Source of the DNA: Patescibacteria group bacterium UBA7435
GTDB lineage: Bacteria > Patescibacteriota > Minisyncoccia > Phycocordibacterales > UBA918
DNA: 64,000 nt
Assembly (NCBI GenBank): GCA_002477545.1
Contig: DLQJ01000007.1
Location: 87,188-151,187, forward strand
Reading direction: 5' to 3'
Shown: in pieces, positions 29,521 to 37,504 of the stretch
Position numbering within the stretch: the first letter of the stretch is position 1
How the letters are laid out: every line of letters starts with the position of its first letter
Notes under the pieces: generated by a model
Told to the model about the DNA's origin: nothing
The model's database searches: none
What the model saw: the letters and a program-made list of their open reading frames with translations, nothing else
Position numbers and translations under genes: made by a program

Positions 29521-29706
29521 AGGCAATAAACTTATTCTACTAATGCGAAACGAATCGGAATGATACGTAAAGGGAGTGGTAGTCAAGATCAGGTCGAGAC
29601 GTTTGTACCTAAAGTATGACACATTTTATTTCTAAATAAAACTTTGAAATACTTTTTGTCATATGTCAAAAAAAGACGGGTTGGAAACCCATCTTTTCTA
29701 TTTAGA

Positions 29707-30078
29707 CTACTGAGAGCCAAATCGCATCATTTCTTTGATTCTTCGACCCCCACGCTTGAGCATCGTTTCTTTCTTCTTATTAGAACGGCGGAGTTCTTTA
29801 TCAAGTTCGTTACGTACTTCATCAATTGCTTCTTCAAATGTCGTTTCAGTTGATTCTGCTCGGTAGAGCGTACCATCGATATAGAGATTCACCTCAATAC
29901 GGTATATTTTACCTGAAGTTTGCGCAGTCACTTTTTCAAACTCAGCTTGGCAAGTGAGATCAGTCTGATCTTCAGCAATATATTTTGTAAGTGAATGAAG
30001 TTTTTGCTCTAGAATATCTTGCAACTCTCCGATTAGTTCAGTATTGGTTGCTTTAAATTGAATCATTGGAAATGACAT
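29707..30078 (-). CDS. raiA: Ribosome hibernation factor HPF/RaiA
   Basis: IQFKATNTEL, YRIEVNL, YRAES...FEEAIDEVRNELDKELRR. Confidence 0.88.
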   Translation of the reverse strand: MSFPMIQFKATNTELIGELQDILEQKLHSLTKYIAEDQTDLTCQAEFEKVTAQTSGKIYRIEVNLYIDGTLYRAESTETTFEEAIDEVRNELDKELRRSNKKKETMLKRGGRRIKEMMRFGSQ

Positions 30079-30107
30079 AATCTATATATTATTGTAGTAA
30101 TCTGCTT

Positions 30108-30416
30108 CTACTGGCATGTATCGCACGCCTCCTCACTCTTGTGCACCTTCACACCGTTAAAGTCATCAGAGCTCGTTCCGTCTTTGTAGTGCTCTTGCAA
30201 ATATGTGACGATATCTCCCGATTCATACATTCCAACATTACGATCGGAATCAACTAAATACGGCACCATGCGCTTTCCTCCACGCTCAATCAATTCATTA
30301 GCAAGAGCTGGATCTGCTGAAATATCTTTTAAGTCAAATTTAACACCCAAGTCTTCAGCTTCGCCTAATACGCGCTGGCAGAAAGGACAAGTGGGTTTAA
30401 AATATAATGTAAGCAT
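30108..30416 (-). CDS. Glutaredoxin/GST-N-like protein with extra C-terminal CxxC
   Basis: CPFC, GGKRMVPYL, MYESGDIVTYL; terminal CDTCQ. Confidence 0.85.
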   Translation of the reverse strand: MLTLYFKPTCPFCQRVLGEAEDLGVKFDLKDISADPALANELIERGGKRMVPYLVDSDRNVGMYESGDIVTYLQEHYKDGTSSDDFNGVKVHKSEEACDTCQ

Positions 30417-30471
30417 ACGTTGTGTAGTTATCTTGATAAGTACCTATACAGTATACTACGCATCACAAAAA

Positions 30472-31107
30472 TTATTGTGTCATGCGCGTATAGTACCCGA
30501 CAAGTTCAGCGTTTTGAAGCATATGTTGTTTTGCACGATCTTCAACCTCATCAAGCGTTGGTGTTTTATCAAACATAAGCATTTTTGACAACGCATATAC
30601 ACGAAAAACATATGCGTGTGTCTTTGGTTCGTATTGTGGAGGAGGACACGGGCCTGAGTATTTCTCTTCCCCACGTGAATTTTTTCCTGCAATACCAATA
30701 GGCTCAATCTCAGGATTGTTATAGTAATTCTCAGGCAATAATTCCCCGTCTTCAGTGATAGGAATGTTGTACTCAACCCAGTGGTTGAATTTAGTAATAC
30801 CCATGGTGTTTTTTATCTCTTGTGGGAGATCAGAATCGTCCATGACTACCACAAACGATTTAGTTCCTTCAGGAACATCACTGACTGAAAGTGGCGGGTT
30901 GGAACCCTCACCGTCACAGGTGTATTTAGATGGAATAGTAGCTCCGTGCTCAAACGCTGTCGATGTAAGTTTCATTGGCATAGTATTTTCAATTACCCCT
31001 AATAACTCCTCATCCACCGTGGGAGCATGTGCTTGGTTAAGCAGTACAAACGCACCACCAAATACAAACAAAAATGTCATTCCCAACAGTGTGTACGCAT
31101 TTTTCAT
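30472..31107 (-). CDS. YbhB/YbcL (PEBP) family protein, membrane-anchored
   Basis: IPSKYTCDG, NPPL, FNHWV, YSGPCPP, HAYVFRVYAL. Confidence 0.9.
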   Translation of the reverse strand: MKNAYTLLGMTFLFVFGGAFVLLNQAHAPTVDEELLGVIENTMPMKLTSTAFEHGATIPSKYTCDGEGSNPPLSVSDVPEGTKSFVVVMDDSDLPQEIKNTMGITKFNHWVEYNIPITEDGELLPENYYNNPEIEPIGIAGKNSRGEEKYSGPCPPPQYEPKTHAYVFRVYALSKMLMFDKTPTLDEVEDRAKQHMLQNAELVGYYTRMTQ

Positions 31108-31159
31108 ACCTATTTAGTATACACAAAATAAGCGAACATAATATAAAAACCCACCAAGC

Positions 31160-31597
31160 TTAGCTTGGCGGGATTTTCTTCATAAAGTCTTCATCAAAAA
31201 TTCGATGAGAGACATACACGTTGATCAGAATATATATACAATTCATAATTGCCTGCGCAAAAGTTGTATTCATATGATAATACGCAATCAACACATGCAA
31301 TCCCGCAAAAGTGAGGAATTGGTTTGATAGGTGTAGTGTTACGTGTTGAAGCATCTCTTTTCGTAGTTCACCTTCACTTCTAAACGCTACATATCTAATG
31401 AAAACAAAATTCACTATCCAGTAGCAGACAAAAGCCACAGCTGATGAAATCATGTAATGAGCGCCGGTAGCATCCATATACAGAAAAACAATCCAAAAGG
31501 TAAAAAACGGTGGAATTCCTGAAAGAACATAGCGGGTCAACCGATATGCACTAACTTTAGTTATATGCATATCGCTCTCCTGTTTAAAACTAGGCAT
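31160..31597 (-). CDS. GtrA-like 4-TM protein
   Basis: RYVLSG..., HYMISSAVAF....VNF...RYVAFR pattern. Confidence 0.75.
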   Translation of the reverse strand: MPSFKQESDMHITKVSAYRLTRYVLSGIPPFFTFWIVFLYMDATGAHYMISSAVAFVCYWIVNFVFIRYVAFRSEGELRKEMLQHVTLHLSNQFLTFAGLHVLIAYYHMNTTFAQAIMNCIYILINVYVSHRIFDEDFMKKIPPS

Positions 31598-31730
31598 ACA
31601 CTACCTTATTAGCTTTAGTTTTCCTAACAAAAACAAGCAATGAACACACCCAGTTGAAAAAATAACAAAACGCTGTACAATACCACTACTCAATTACCGG
31701 TGGTCATTGAGCACCAAGAAAACCACACAT

Positions 31731-31803
31731 TCCGGCGTAGCTCAGCTGGTAGAGCAGTTGACTGTTAATCAATTTGTCGCAGGTTCGAGTCCTGCCGCCG
31801 GAG
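31731..31803 (+). tRNA. tRNA-Asn (GTT), CCA not encoded
   Basis: Acceptor TCCGGCG/CGCCGGA, D arm GCTCAGCTGGTAGAGC, anticodon loop CTGTTAA, T arm GCAGGTTCGAGTCCTGC. Confidence 0.97.
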
Positions 31804-31860
31804 CAACGAAAATGAGCCCCAATTACAGGGCTCATTTTTAGTAGGATAGTTGGTGGTTCG

Positions 31861-31901
31861 AACCTAAATGTATTGACATACGTTTAGGTTATATGTACAG
31901 T
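31861..31901 (+). promoter_or_regulatory. Sigma70 promoter TTGACA-17-TACAGT with 30-bp inverted repeat centred on the -35
   Basis: aacctaaatgtat-tgac-atacgtttaggtt (13-bp arms, one mismatch). Confidence 0.65.
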
Positions 31902-31958
31902 CTTGTTAGATTCAGCGATTTGCTGATGGAATACCGTTCAACAACAGGGGAATATACC

Positions 31959-32462
31959 ATGTTCAGATTTAGTCGTGACAAACGATTTTATTCCAGAATC
32001 TCATTCGAAGAGTTCTTTCAGGTGGCAACTACACTCGTAGCAATGGTCAAGAAAGCGAGGTCAAGTGCAATCGTAGAAATCCTTACGACCGAGGACACTC
32101 ACACCCACCTGTACTCGCAGGTCACCTTCATGGCAGACGAGGTCACTGAGGCGCTCAAGGGACGAAAGTCTTACTCACTCGAAGAATTCACCAATGAAGT
32201 CTATAGTCGTTCGATGAGTGTGCAATTGACACTCAAGGATGAAGCTGACTCGAAACCTTTTATGATTTGTCTTTCGCTGGACAAGGATGAGTCACGGAGT
32301 ATGAAGTTCTACGGACAAGCTGTTGAACAGGAACTCGTCAACCTCATCCACGACTCCTTCTCCAGCCCAAGCTTCTTCTACAAGGTTGGCGACGGCTATT
32401 CGAAGCCCTCGGCTTTCAACTTTGCTTTCGGTCAGAGACTCACAGGTATTCGCTTGAAGTAA
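31959..32462 (+). CDS. Hypothetical protein inserted behind tRNA-Asn
   Basis: Start moved to ATG 31959 (AGGGG SD, promoter upstream); own terminator at about 32477-32505. Confidence 0.75.
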   Translation: MFRFSRDKRFYSRISFEEFFQVATTLVAMVKKARSSAIVEILTTEDTHTHLYSQVTFMADEVTEALKGRKSYSLEEFTNEVYSRSMSVQLTLKDEADSKPFMICLSLDKDESRSMKFYGQAVEQELVNLIHDSFSSPSFFYKVGDGYSKPSAFNFAFGQRLTGIRLK

Positions 32463-32590
32463 GTCTCATAACATTATCCTCATCGCTCAGGCGGTGGGGT
32501 TTTTTACACCAGAACTCCATCATCTTGCAGGTCAGGAAGCATCACATTGATATCATTTTGAGCATAAAAAGTTCGAACAGCCTCAAAGGT

Positions 32591-32750
32591 CCGGAGCAAT
32601 ATAAAAGTCCCCTTTTGGGGGCTTTTTTACTTGTTCCGGCGGAGAAAGTGACTAAACGTCAGTTTCGCCAGGACTCGAAAAGGTTGCCTGGCATTTTCTT
32701 TAGAAAATGGCGACAACCTATACTGCGCCTGTGAAGCGAGAACCCTGCCC
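32591..32750 (+). repeat. tRNA-3'-related structured element, copy 1
   Basis: Direct repeat ccggagcaa of tRNA end, terminator, then tccggcgg-[26 nt]-caggactcgaa (split antisense of tRNA 3' end), aggttgcc/gcgacaacct hairpin, closing gcgagaaccctg. Confidence 0.75.
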
Positions 32751-32811
32751 CCCATCGAAACAAGTAAAAGTAAAACATAGCCAGAAATCACAATTAATGT
32801 ATACTGCTGGC

Positions 32812-32937
32812 ATGGCAAAACGATCAACAAAATTAACGCAAACATATGGGTCACGACATTCCCATAAAACAAAGAAGCGTCTAGAAACAAAATACGAAAT
32901 GCTTGCTGAAAAAGCGAGTAAAGGAAGCAAGAAGTAA
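32812..32937 (+). CDS. Small basic protein (41 aa)
   Basis: MAKRSTKLTQTYGSRHSHKTKKRLETKYEMLAEKASKGSKK; TATACT 6 nt before ATG; terminator right after. Confidence 0.65.
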   Translation: MAKRSTKLTQTYGSRHSHKTKKRLETKYEMLAEKASKGSKK

Positions 32938-32974
32938 GCTAAAACCACCGTTAGGGTGGTTTTTTCGTTTTGGA

Positions 32975-33049
32975 TCCAGTGGAAAAGTGACTAAACACCA
33001 CCTTGACTAAGACTCGAACCGACAATGAATGATACCGGCGAATACCCTG
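32975..33049 (+). repeat. tRNA-3'-related structured element, copy 2 (degenerate)
   Basis: tccagtgg-aaaagtgactaaac...-gactcgaacc...gcgaataccctg; shares aaagtgactaaac and gactcgaa with copy 1. Confidence 0.7.
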
Positions 33050-33105
33050 TACATAAATCATTGAAATAGTAAAAAGGGCTGCACATGTGCAGCCCTTTCT
33101 GTTTT

Positions 33106-34638
33106 TTATAGACGCTCTTCTGCCAAAGTAGCAAACGCACTGCGTTCACCGCTTTGGAGCGTAACGTGTCCCGTAATCATTGCAGTGCGCAATGTACGGA
33201 TGTATACCGACAAACCACAGGTATGTTCTGTCAGATACGGGTCATCAATCTGGGCTACGTTGCCTAGAAAAACTATTTTTGAATCCATTCCTACACGCGT
33301 TGAGATCATTTTCAACTTCTTGACGGTGAGATCTTGTGTCTCATCAACAATAATCAGCGTGTTGGCGATACTGCGACCCTTCATGAAATTCAGGGCCTTG
33401 ATTTGAATAAGCTTTCTGATTGCTTCGTCTGAAGCATTCTGCTCACCTTCACCACGCAGTTCTAACAAAGACTCTAGATTGTCATAGAGTCCACCCATCC
33501 AAGGAGCAAGCTTCTCTTCTTCAGTTCCGGGTAAAAATCCAATGTCTTCATCAGACCCAAACATGGAACGAGTAAAAATGATTCGCTTGTACACTCCTCT
33601 CCTTAGTAGATGTAGACCAGCAGCAAGTGTCAAAAATGTTTTACCACTACCAGCCTTACCTGCGAGTGACACTGCAGGCAAATTTATATCAAGTAACAGT
33701 TGCAATGCAATTGCCTGCTCAATATTCCTAGGAACAACATTAATCTCCTTAAGGTCAGAGTGATGAGAGAATGTCTGCGCAACCACATTTGTCGTGCTAT
33801 TTTTTGAGATAACACGAAGTGGCTCTTGCTCAGGAATGAGCAAGAACTCATTACAGGTAACCTTAGCCAAATCAGGATGCTCAAATGTGTATTGAGAAAC
33901 ACCCTTGGCACTTTCAGGATTACCAACATTGCTGTCGAAGAAATCTGACGGCATAGTATGGAAACCTGGAGTGAGATCTTCCTCACCCTCAACAAGACCT
34001 ACCGTGTCACTAAGATACTCCTCAGCATCTAAGCCAACAACACTTGCCTTAATCCGGCAGCTACCATCGTTTGATACCAAGACAACTCGTTTTCCTTCTT
34101 CCTTAAGCGCCAAACAAATCAGAATAATCCGATTGTCTGGATGATTAAGATCCAGATCGAACTCCTTGTGAGCCACCGGTTTAGTGAAATCAAAGTGAAG
34201 TGTCCCAGTGTGTGGCTTCCCATTGATCAACTCAGATGGGGGTACTAGTTGTACTCCTTTCTGAATATCTTGCGTGGACTTGCCTTCAAGCAGTGTGCCG
34301 ATTGCTCGGATTGCTTGCCGGACATTCCATGCTTCTGGGGTGTGACCTTTCTTATGTGTATCAAGCTCCTCAAGAACCTGACTTACAATACACACATCAT
34401 GTTCTTCGAACTTAAACAGCGAATCCCATGCAGACATGATCACGTTCGTATCAAGTACGTAAGTAATTACGCTCTTTGTGTCAACTGATATGCGACGAAA
34501 CTTAGCTGGGATACTTTGCTTTGTATGCCAGCTTTCTGCCTGAGTCTGCCTCTTACTCACTTTATGGTGAGGTGGTTTTCCATTTCCTTTGCCCCGAGGT
34601 GAACCGCCCGGGTTCTTCATTCCATTTGTGTGTGGCAT
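33106..34638 (-). CDS. PIN domain + PhoH ATPase (PhoH2/YlaK-like)
   Basis: VLDTNV, EELD, PDNRI, LVSND (PIN); GKAGSGKT, IGFLPG, MKGRS, VDETQD, GNVAQID (PhoH). Confidence 0.92.
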   Translation of the reverse strand: MPHTNGMKNPGGSPRGKGNGKPPHHKVSKRQTQAESWHTKQSIPAKFRRISVDTKSVITYVLDTNVIMSAWDSLFKFEEHDVCIVSQVLEELDTHKKGHTPEAWNVRQAIRAIGTLLEGKSTQDIQKGVQLVPPSELINGKPHTGTLHFDFTKPVAHKEFDLDLNHPDNRIILICLALKEEGKRVVLVSNDGSCRIKASVVGLDAEEYLSDTVGLVEGEEDLTPGFHTMPSDFFDSNVGNPESAKGVSQYTFEHPDLAKVTCNEFLLIPEQEPLRVISKNSTTNVVAQTFSHHSDLKEINVVPRNIEQAIALQLLLDINLPAVSLAGKAGSGKTFLTLAAGLHLLRRGVYKRIIFTRSMFGSDEDIGFLPGTEEEKLAPWMGGLYDNLESLLELRGEGEQNASDEAIRKLIQIKALNFMKGRSIANTLIIVDETQDLTVKKLKMISTRVGMDSKIVFLGNVAQIDDPYLTEHTCGLSVYIRTLRTAMITGHVTLQSGERSAFATLAEERL

Positions 34639-34881
34639 TTGTACTCCCTTTCAAAATTGCAGTCTGCATCCACAGTACCCCCAGTGGGAAGTATTGGCAA
34701 GAGCCAGCAATAAATGTTGTATCCATTTGCTCACCATTTCTATGGACCGCATGATGCATGTAGTGCATTTATATTTGACAAAGTGTTAATACGTGCTATA
34801 GTGTGTCTAATCAGATACAAGCTGAGTTTGACGGCACAGTATTCAATGTTTGATAACTTAGTAAACTAATTTCTAATTAAT

Positions 34882-35082
34882 ATGCAATCAGGAAAAATCG
34901 CAAATGTAACAGACCGAGGTTTTGGTTTTATCTCTCAAGAAGGTGAGGAGAAAGAACTTTTCTTCCACTCAAACGAGCTTAAGAACGTACAGTTCGACGA
35001 GCTACGTGAAGGTGACGAAGTTACATTTGAAGTTGCTGAAGGTCCAAAAGGGCTAAACGCAATCAACGTAAACAAGGCGTAA
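34882..35082 (+). CDS. Cold-shock protein
   Basis: RNP1 RGFGFI, RNP2 LFFH, GPKG; upstream TTGACA...TGcTATAGT promoter. Confidence 0.95.
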   Translation: MQSGKIANVTDRGFGFISQEGEEKELFFHSNELKNVQFDELREGDEVTFEVAEGPKGLNAINVNKA

Positions 35083-35143
35083 GCCTAAAAATAAAACCCC
35101 TGCCATTGGCAGGGGTTTTATTTTATTGATTTCCCTCACTCAC

Positions 35144-35386
35144 CTAGGCCTTCTTTACATATTCTGGCTTGATATAAATTCCCTTCATGCCGTCGATTTT
35201 CCCCGTAAGTCCTTCTAATTCATCAGTCAGGCGTATATTCTTTACTTTCGTCCCACGTTTTAACCCTGAAGAACTCCCTTTGACCTTCAAATCCTTGATT
35301 ACCAGAACCGTATCTCCATTTTTTAGAATGTTTCCATTGCCATCTTTCACCCCTAACTCCCCTATTCCTTCATTTTCATCTTCCAT
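35144..35386 (-). CDS. PhnA/YjdM C-terminal domain protein
   Basis: [38 protein letters not shown]. Confidence 0.85.
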   Translation of the reverse strand: MEDENEGIGELGVKDGNGNILKNGDTVLVIKDLKVKGSSSGLKRGTKVKNIRLTDELEGLTGKIDGMKGIYIKPEYVKKA

Positions 35387-35477
35387 ATATAATTCTAGAT
35401 TATTCGTAATTGTGTGCAGTATATACCAATTACACTTTATATTAATGCTAGTATAAATGGAGTAGAGCGTTATAAGT

Positions 35478-35663
35478 TTAGATATCACATTTTATGTCTA
35501 CATTATTTATGCTGTTTAATATTGCGGTGTTGCTCATTGGTTTGATGATGGTTCTGAAGCACAGCTCCAGAGGATGGATGACCCCACCTGTACTTAGCGG
35601 AATCGCTTTTATACTCATTGCACTTCCCAGTGTCCTGATGTATTTAGGATTGTAGAAGATCAT
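35478..35663 (-). CDS. Possible small protein (strand uncertain)
   Basis: 61-aa ORF; a hydrophobic + strand frame ([16 protein letters not shown]...) overlaps it and is followed by a hairpin, so the coding strand is unclear. Confidence 0.25.
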   Translation of the reverse strand: MIFYNPKYIRTLGSAMSIKAIPLSTGGVIHPLELCFRTIIKPMSNTAILNSINNVDIKCDI

Positions 35664-35798
35664 ACGTCACATCAAAAAAACACCGGCAGGTTCCTGACGG
35701 TGTTTTTGTTTTATTTTAAAAGTAGTGAATTCTCTCCAAGCTACAGAAAATACAACTCAGCACACTCAGAAAATAACGAGTGCTGGTATACTTAAACC

Positions 35799-36197
35799 AT
35801 GAACGATACATACAACTGGTACCAAACGCTTATGAAGCCTGAATGGGCACCTCCCTCTTGGTTATTCGGACCGGTATGGAGTGTATTGTACACCATCATT
35901 GGTATTTCTTTTGGATATGTAGCATACATATATTTCAAAGGCGGTATTCCTTTTATTGTACTCCTACCTTTTATTCTCAACCTTATTTTTAACGCTGCGT
36001 TCACACCACTTCAATTTGGACTACAGAACAATCTACTTGCCTCATTGGACATCCTATTGGTTCTGGGAACATTAATCTGGGCGCTGTATGCAATATATCC
36101 ATACATTCCCTTGGTTACATACGTGAATATCCCCTACCTTTTATGGGTTTCATTCGCGTCTGTCCTACAGCTAACTATCACCTATTTAAATCTATAA
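35799..36197 (+). CDS. tspO: TspO/MBR family protein
   Basis: WYQTLMKPEWAPPSWLFGPVWSVLY, PYLLWVSFA. Confidence 0.93.
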   Translation: MNDTYNWYQTLMKPEWAPPSWLFGPVWSVLYTIIGISFGYVAYIYFKGGIPFIVLLPFILNLIFNAAFTPLQFGLQNNLLASLDILLVLGTLIWALYAIYPYIPLVTYVNIPYLLWVSFASVLQLTITYLNL

Positions 36198-36200
36198 TAT

Positions 36201-36608
36201 ATGTCATCACTTCATTTCGTCTATCTCTATCTACTGACTATTCCAATATTAGCGCTACTTGATATTCTTTGGCTTGGTTTTATAGCAAATGATTTTTATC
36301 AAACTCGACTAATGCATTTACTTGGTCCGGTACAATGGCCTGCTGCAATTGCTTTTTATTTTATATTTATTGCTGGGTTACTGTTCTTTGCAGTGGCCCC
36401 TGCACTAGATGGACAATCACTTAGTAAAGCAATAATTTTAGGCACTCTCTTTGGATTCTTTACCTACGCAACCTACGACCTTACTAATCTTGCAACACTT
36501 ACAGACTGGTCGTTATCGGTAGTATTTGTAGACATTATTTGGGGAGCGATACTTTCAGGCTCTATTGCAGCAATAAGTTACAGTATTGGTAAATGGTTAT
36601 TCCTCTAG
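36201..36608 (+). CDS. DUF2177 family membrane protein
   Basis: LDILWL, YATYDLTNLATL, DIIWG. Confidence 0.85.
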   Translation: MSSLHFVYLYLLTIPILALLDILWLGFIANDFYQTRLMHLLGPVQWPAAIAFYFIFIAGLLFFAVAPALDGQSLSKAIILGTLFGFFTYATYDLTNLATLTDWSLSVVFVDIIWGAILSGSIAAISYSIGKWLFL

Positions 36609-36618
36609 TAAAAGTGCG

Positions 36619-37122
36619 ATGAAGACCATAATTGTCACAGACGCGATGCAATCACACTACACATACACCCGAACAGAAAAAGTTGGGAAGAATTTTCATA
36701 CTGATTTCAAACCGCACCTTACCCCACAAGAAATGCTCTCTATGGGTATTTTTGGCGGCCTGTATTTTAGTGACACACCTGATGAATTCCCGAAAGCTTG
36801 GTTTGCAAAAGCACCGCTTTCCCCAGACAAGAAAGTCCACAAGGAACTTAACTACTACAAAGTAAACGCCAGTCAAGATCTCTCTATCTGGAAAGTGAAG
36901 GGTTGGATCCATACAGATGATCCCCGGGGATGGTTTCAGTGGTACTGTAGATACTACCTCGGGCGTCGACATGAGGACGATGCACGTCAAATTAAACGGT
37001 GGAAAGCTATCACCCGACATGCTTCACAGATAGTGCACAACTGCCGTCCTGGAGATCAGCACTGCCGTCCCAGACAACGTCAAGCCATACTGCACTGGTC
37101 GTATGATGCGCGCAATCTATAA
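36619..37122 (+). CDS. Conserved hypothetical protein
   Basis: TPQEML.MGIFGG.Y, GWI..DDPRGWFQWYCRYYLGRR, RQIKRW, RQAILHW. Confidence 0.8.
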   Translation: MKTIIVTDAMQSHYTYTRTEKVGKNFHTDFKPHLTPQEMLSMGIFGGLYFSDTPDEFPKAWFAKAPLSPDKKVHKELNYYKVNASQDLSIWKVKGWIHTDDPRGWFQWYCRYYLGRRHEDDARQIKRWKAITRHASQIVHNCRPGDQHCRPRQRQAILHWSYDARNL

Positions 37123-37181
37123 CTATGCGTGATGGCGCTAGTTTGGTATATTTGAAAGATATTGGTTAACCCACTAACACT

Positions 37182-37388
37182 ATGAAAACTATGAAATGTG
37201 ATCTATGTGATCACACTGCACAAGGAGAGACGTTTGAAGAATGGATGAACGCACTAAAGCCACACTACATGACTGCTCATGCAGATGTGATGGCACAGCA
37301 CGCTGGGAATCCTGAAGAGATGAAAGCAAAAATGGGGGCATGGATGAAAGAGAATCAAGAACGATTCAATGCAGCTATAACGACATAA
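37182..37388 (+). CDS. Small putative metal-binding protein (DUF1059-like)
   Basis: CDLC...H...AH pattern; terminator downstream. Confidence 0.7.
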   Translation: MKTMKCDLCDHTAQGETFEEWMNALKPHYMTAHADVMAQHAGNPEEMKAKMGAWMKENQERFNAAITT

Positions 37389-37504
37389 ATGCTAGTTGAA
37401 AAGACACCCGAAGGGTGTTTTTTGATAGTTACAGAATAAACTTGACACAATAATTAATAGTGTTATTGTACCTTTAGTACATGTTCTAACTTATGGAGGT
37501 ACCT

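Noticed and set aside
32525-32948. Track ORFs 32525-32734, 32627-32890, 32718-32948 and the 76-aa start at 32707
   Set aside because: They run through terminators and the structured repeat; only the 41-aa frame from 32812 has promoter and terminator support.
32631-33049. Possible CRISPR array or extra tRNA gene on the minus strand
   Set aside because: Only two degenerate copies about 340 bp apart and no cas genes; TTCGAGTCC is present but there is no D arm or anticodon arm, so no cloverleaf.
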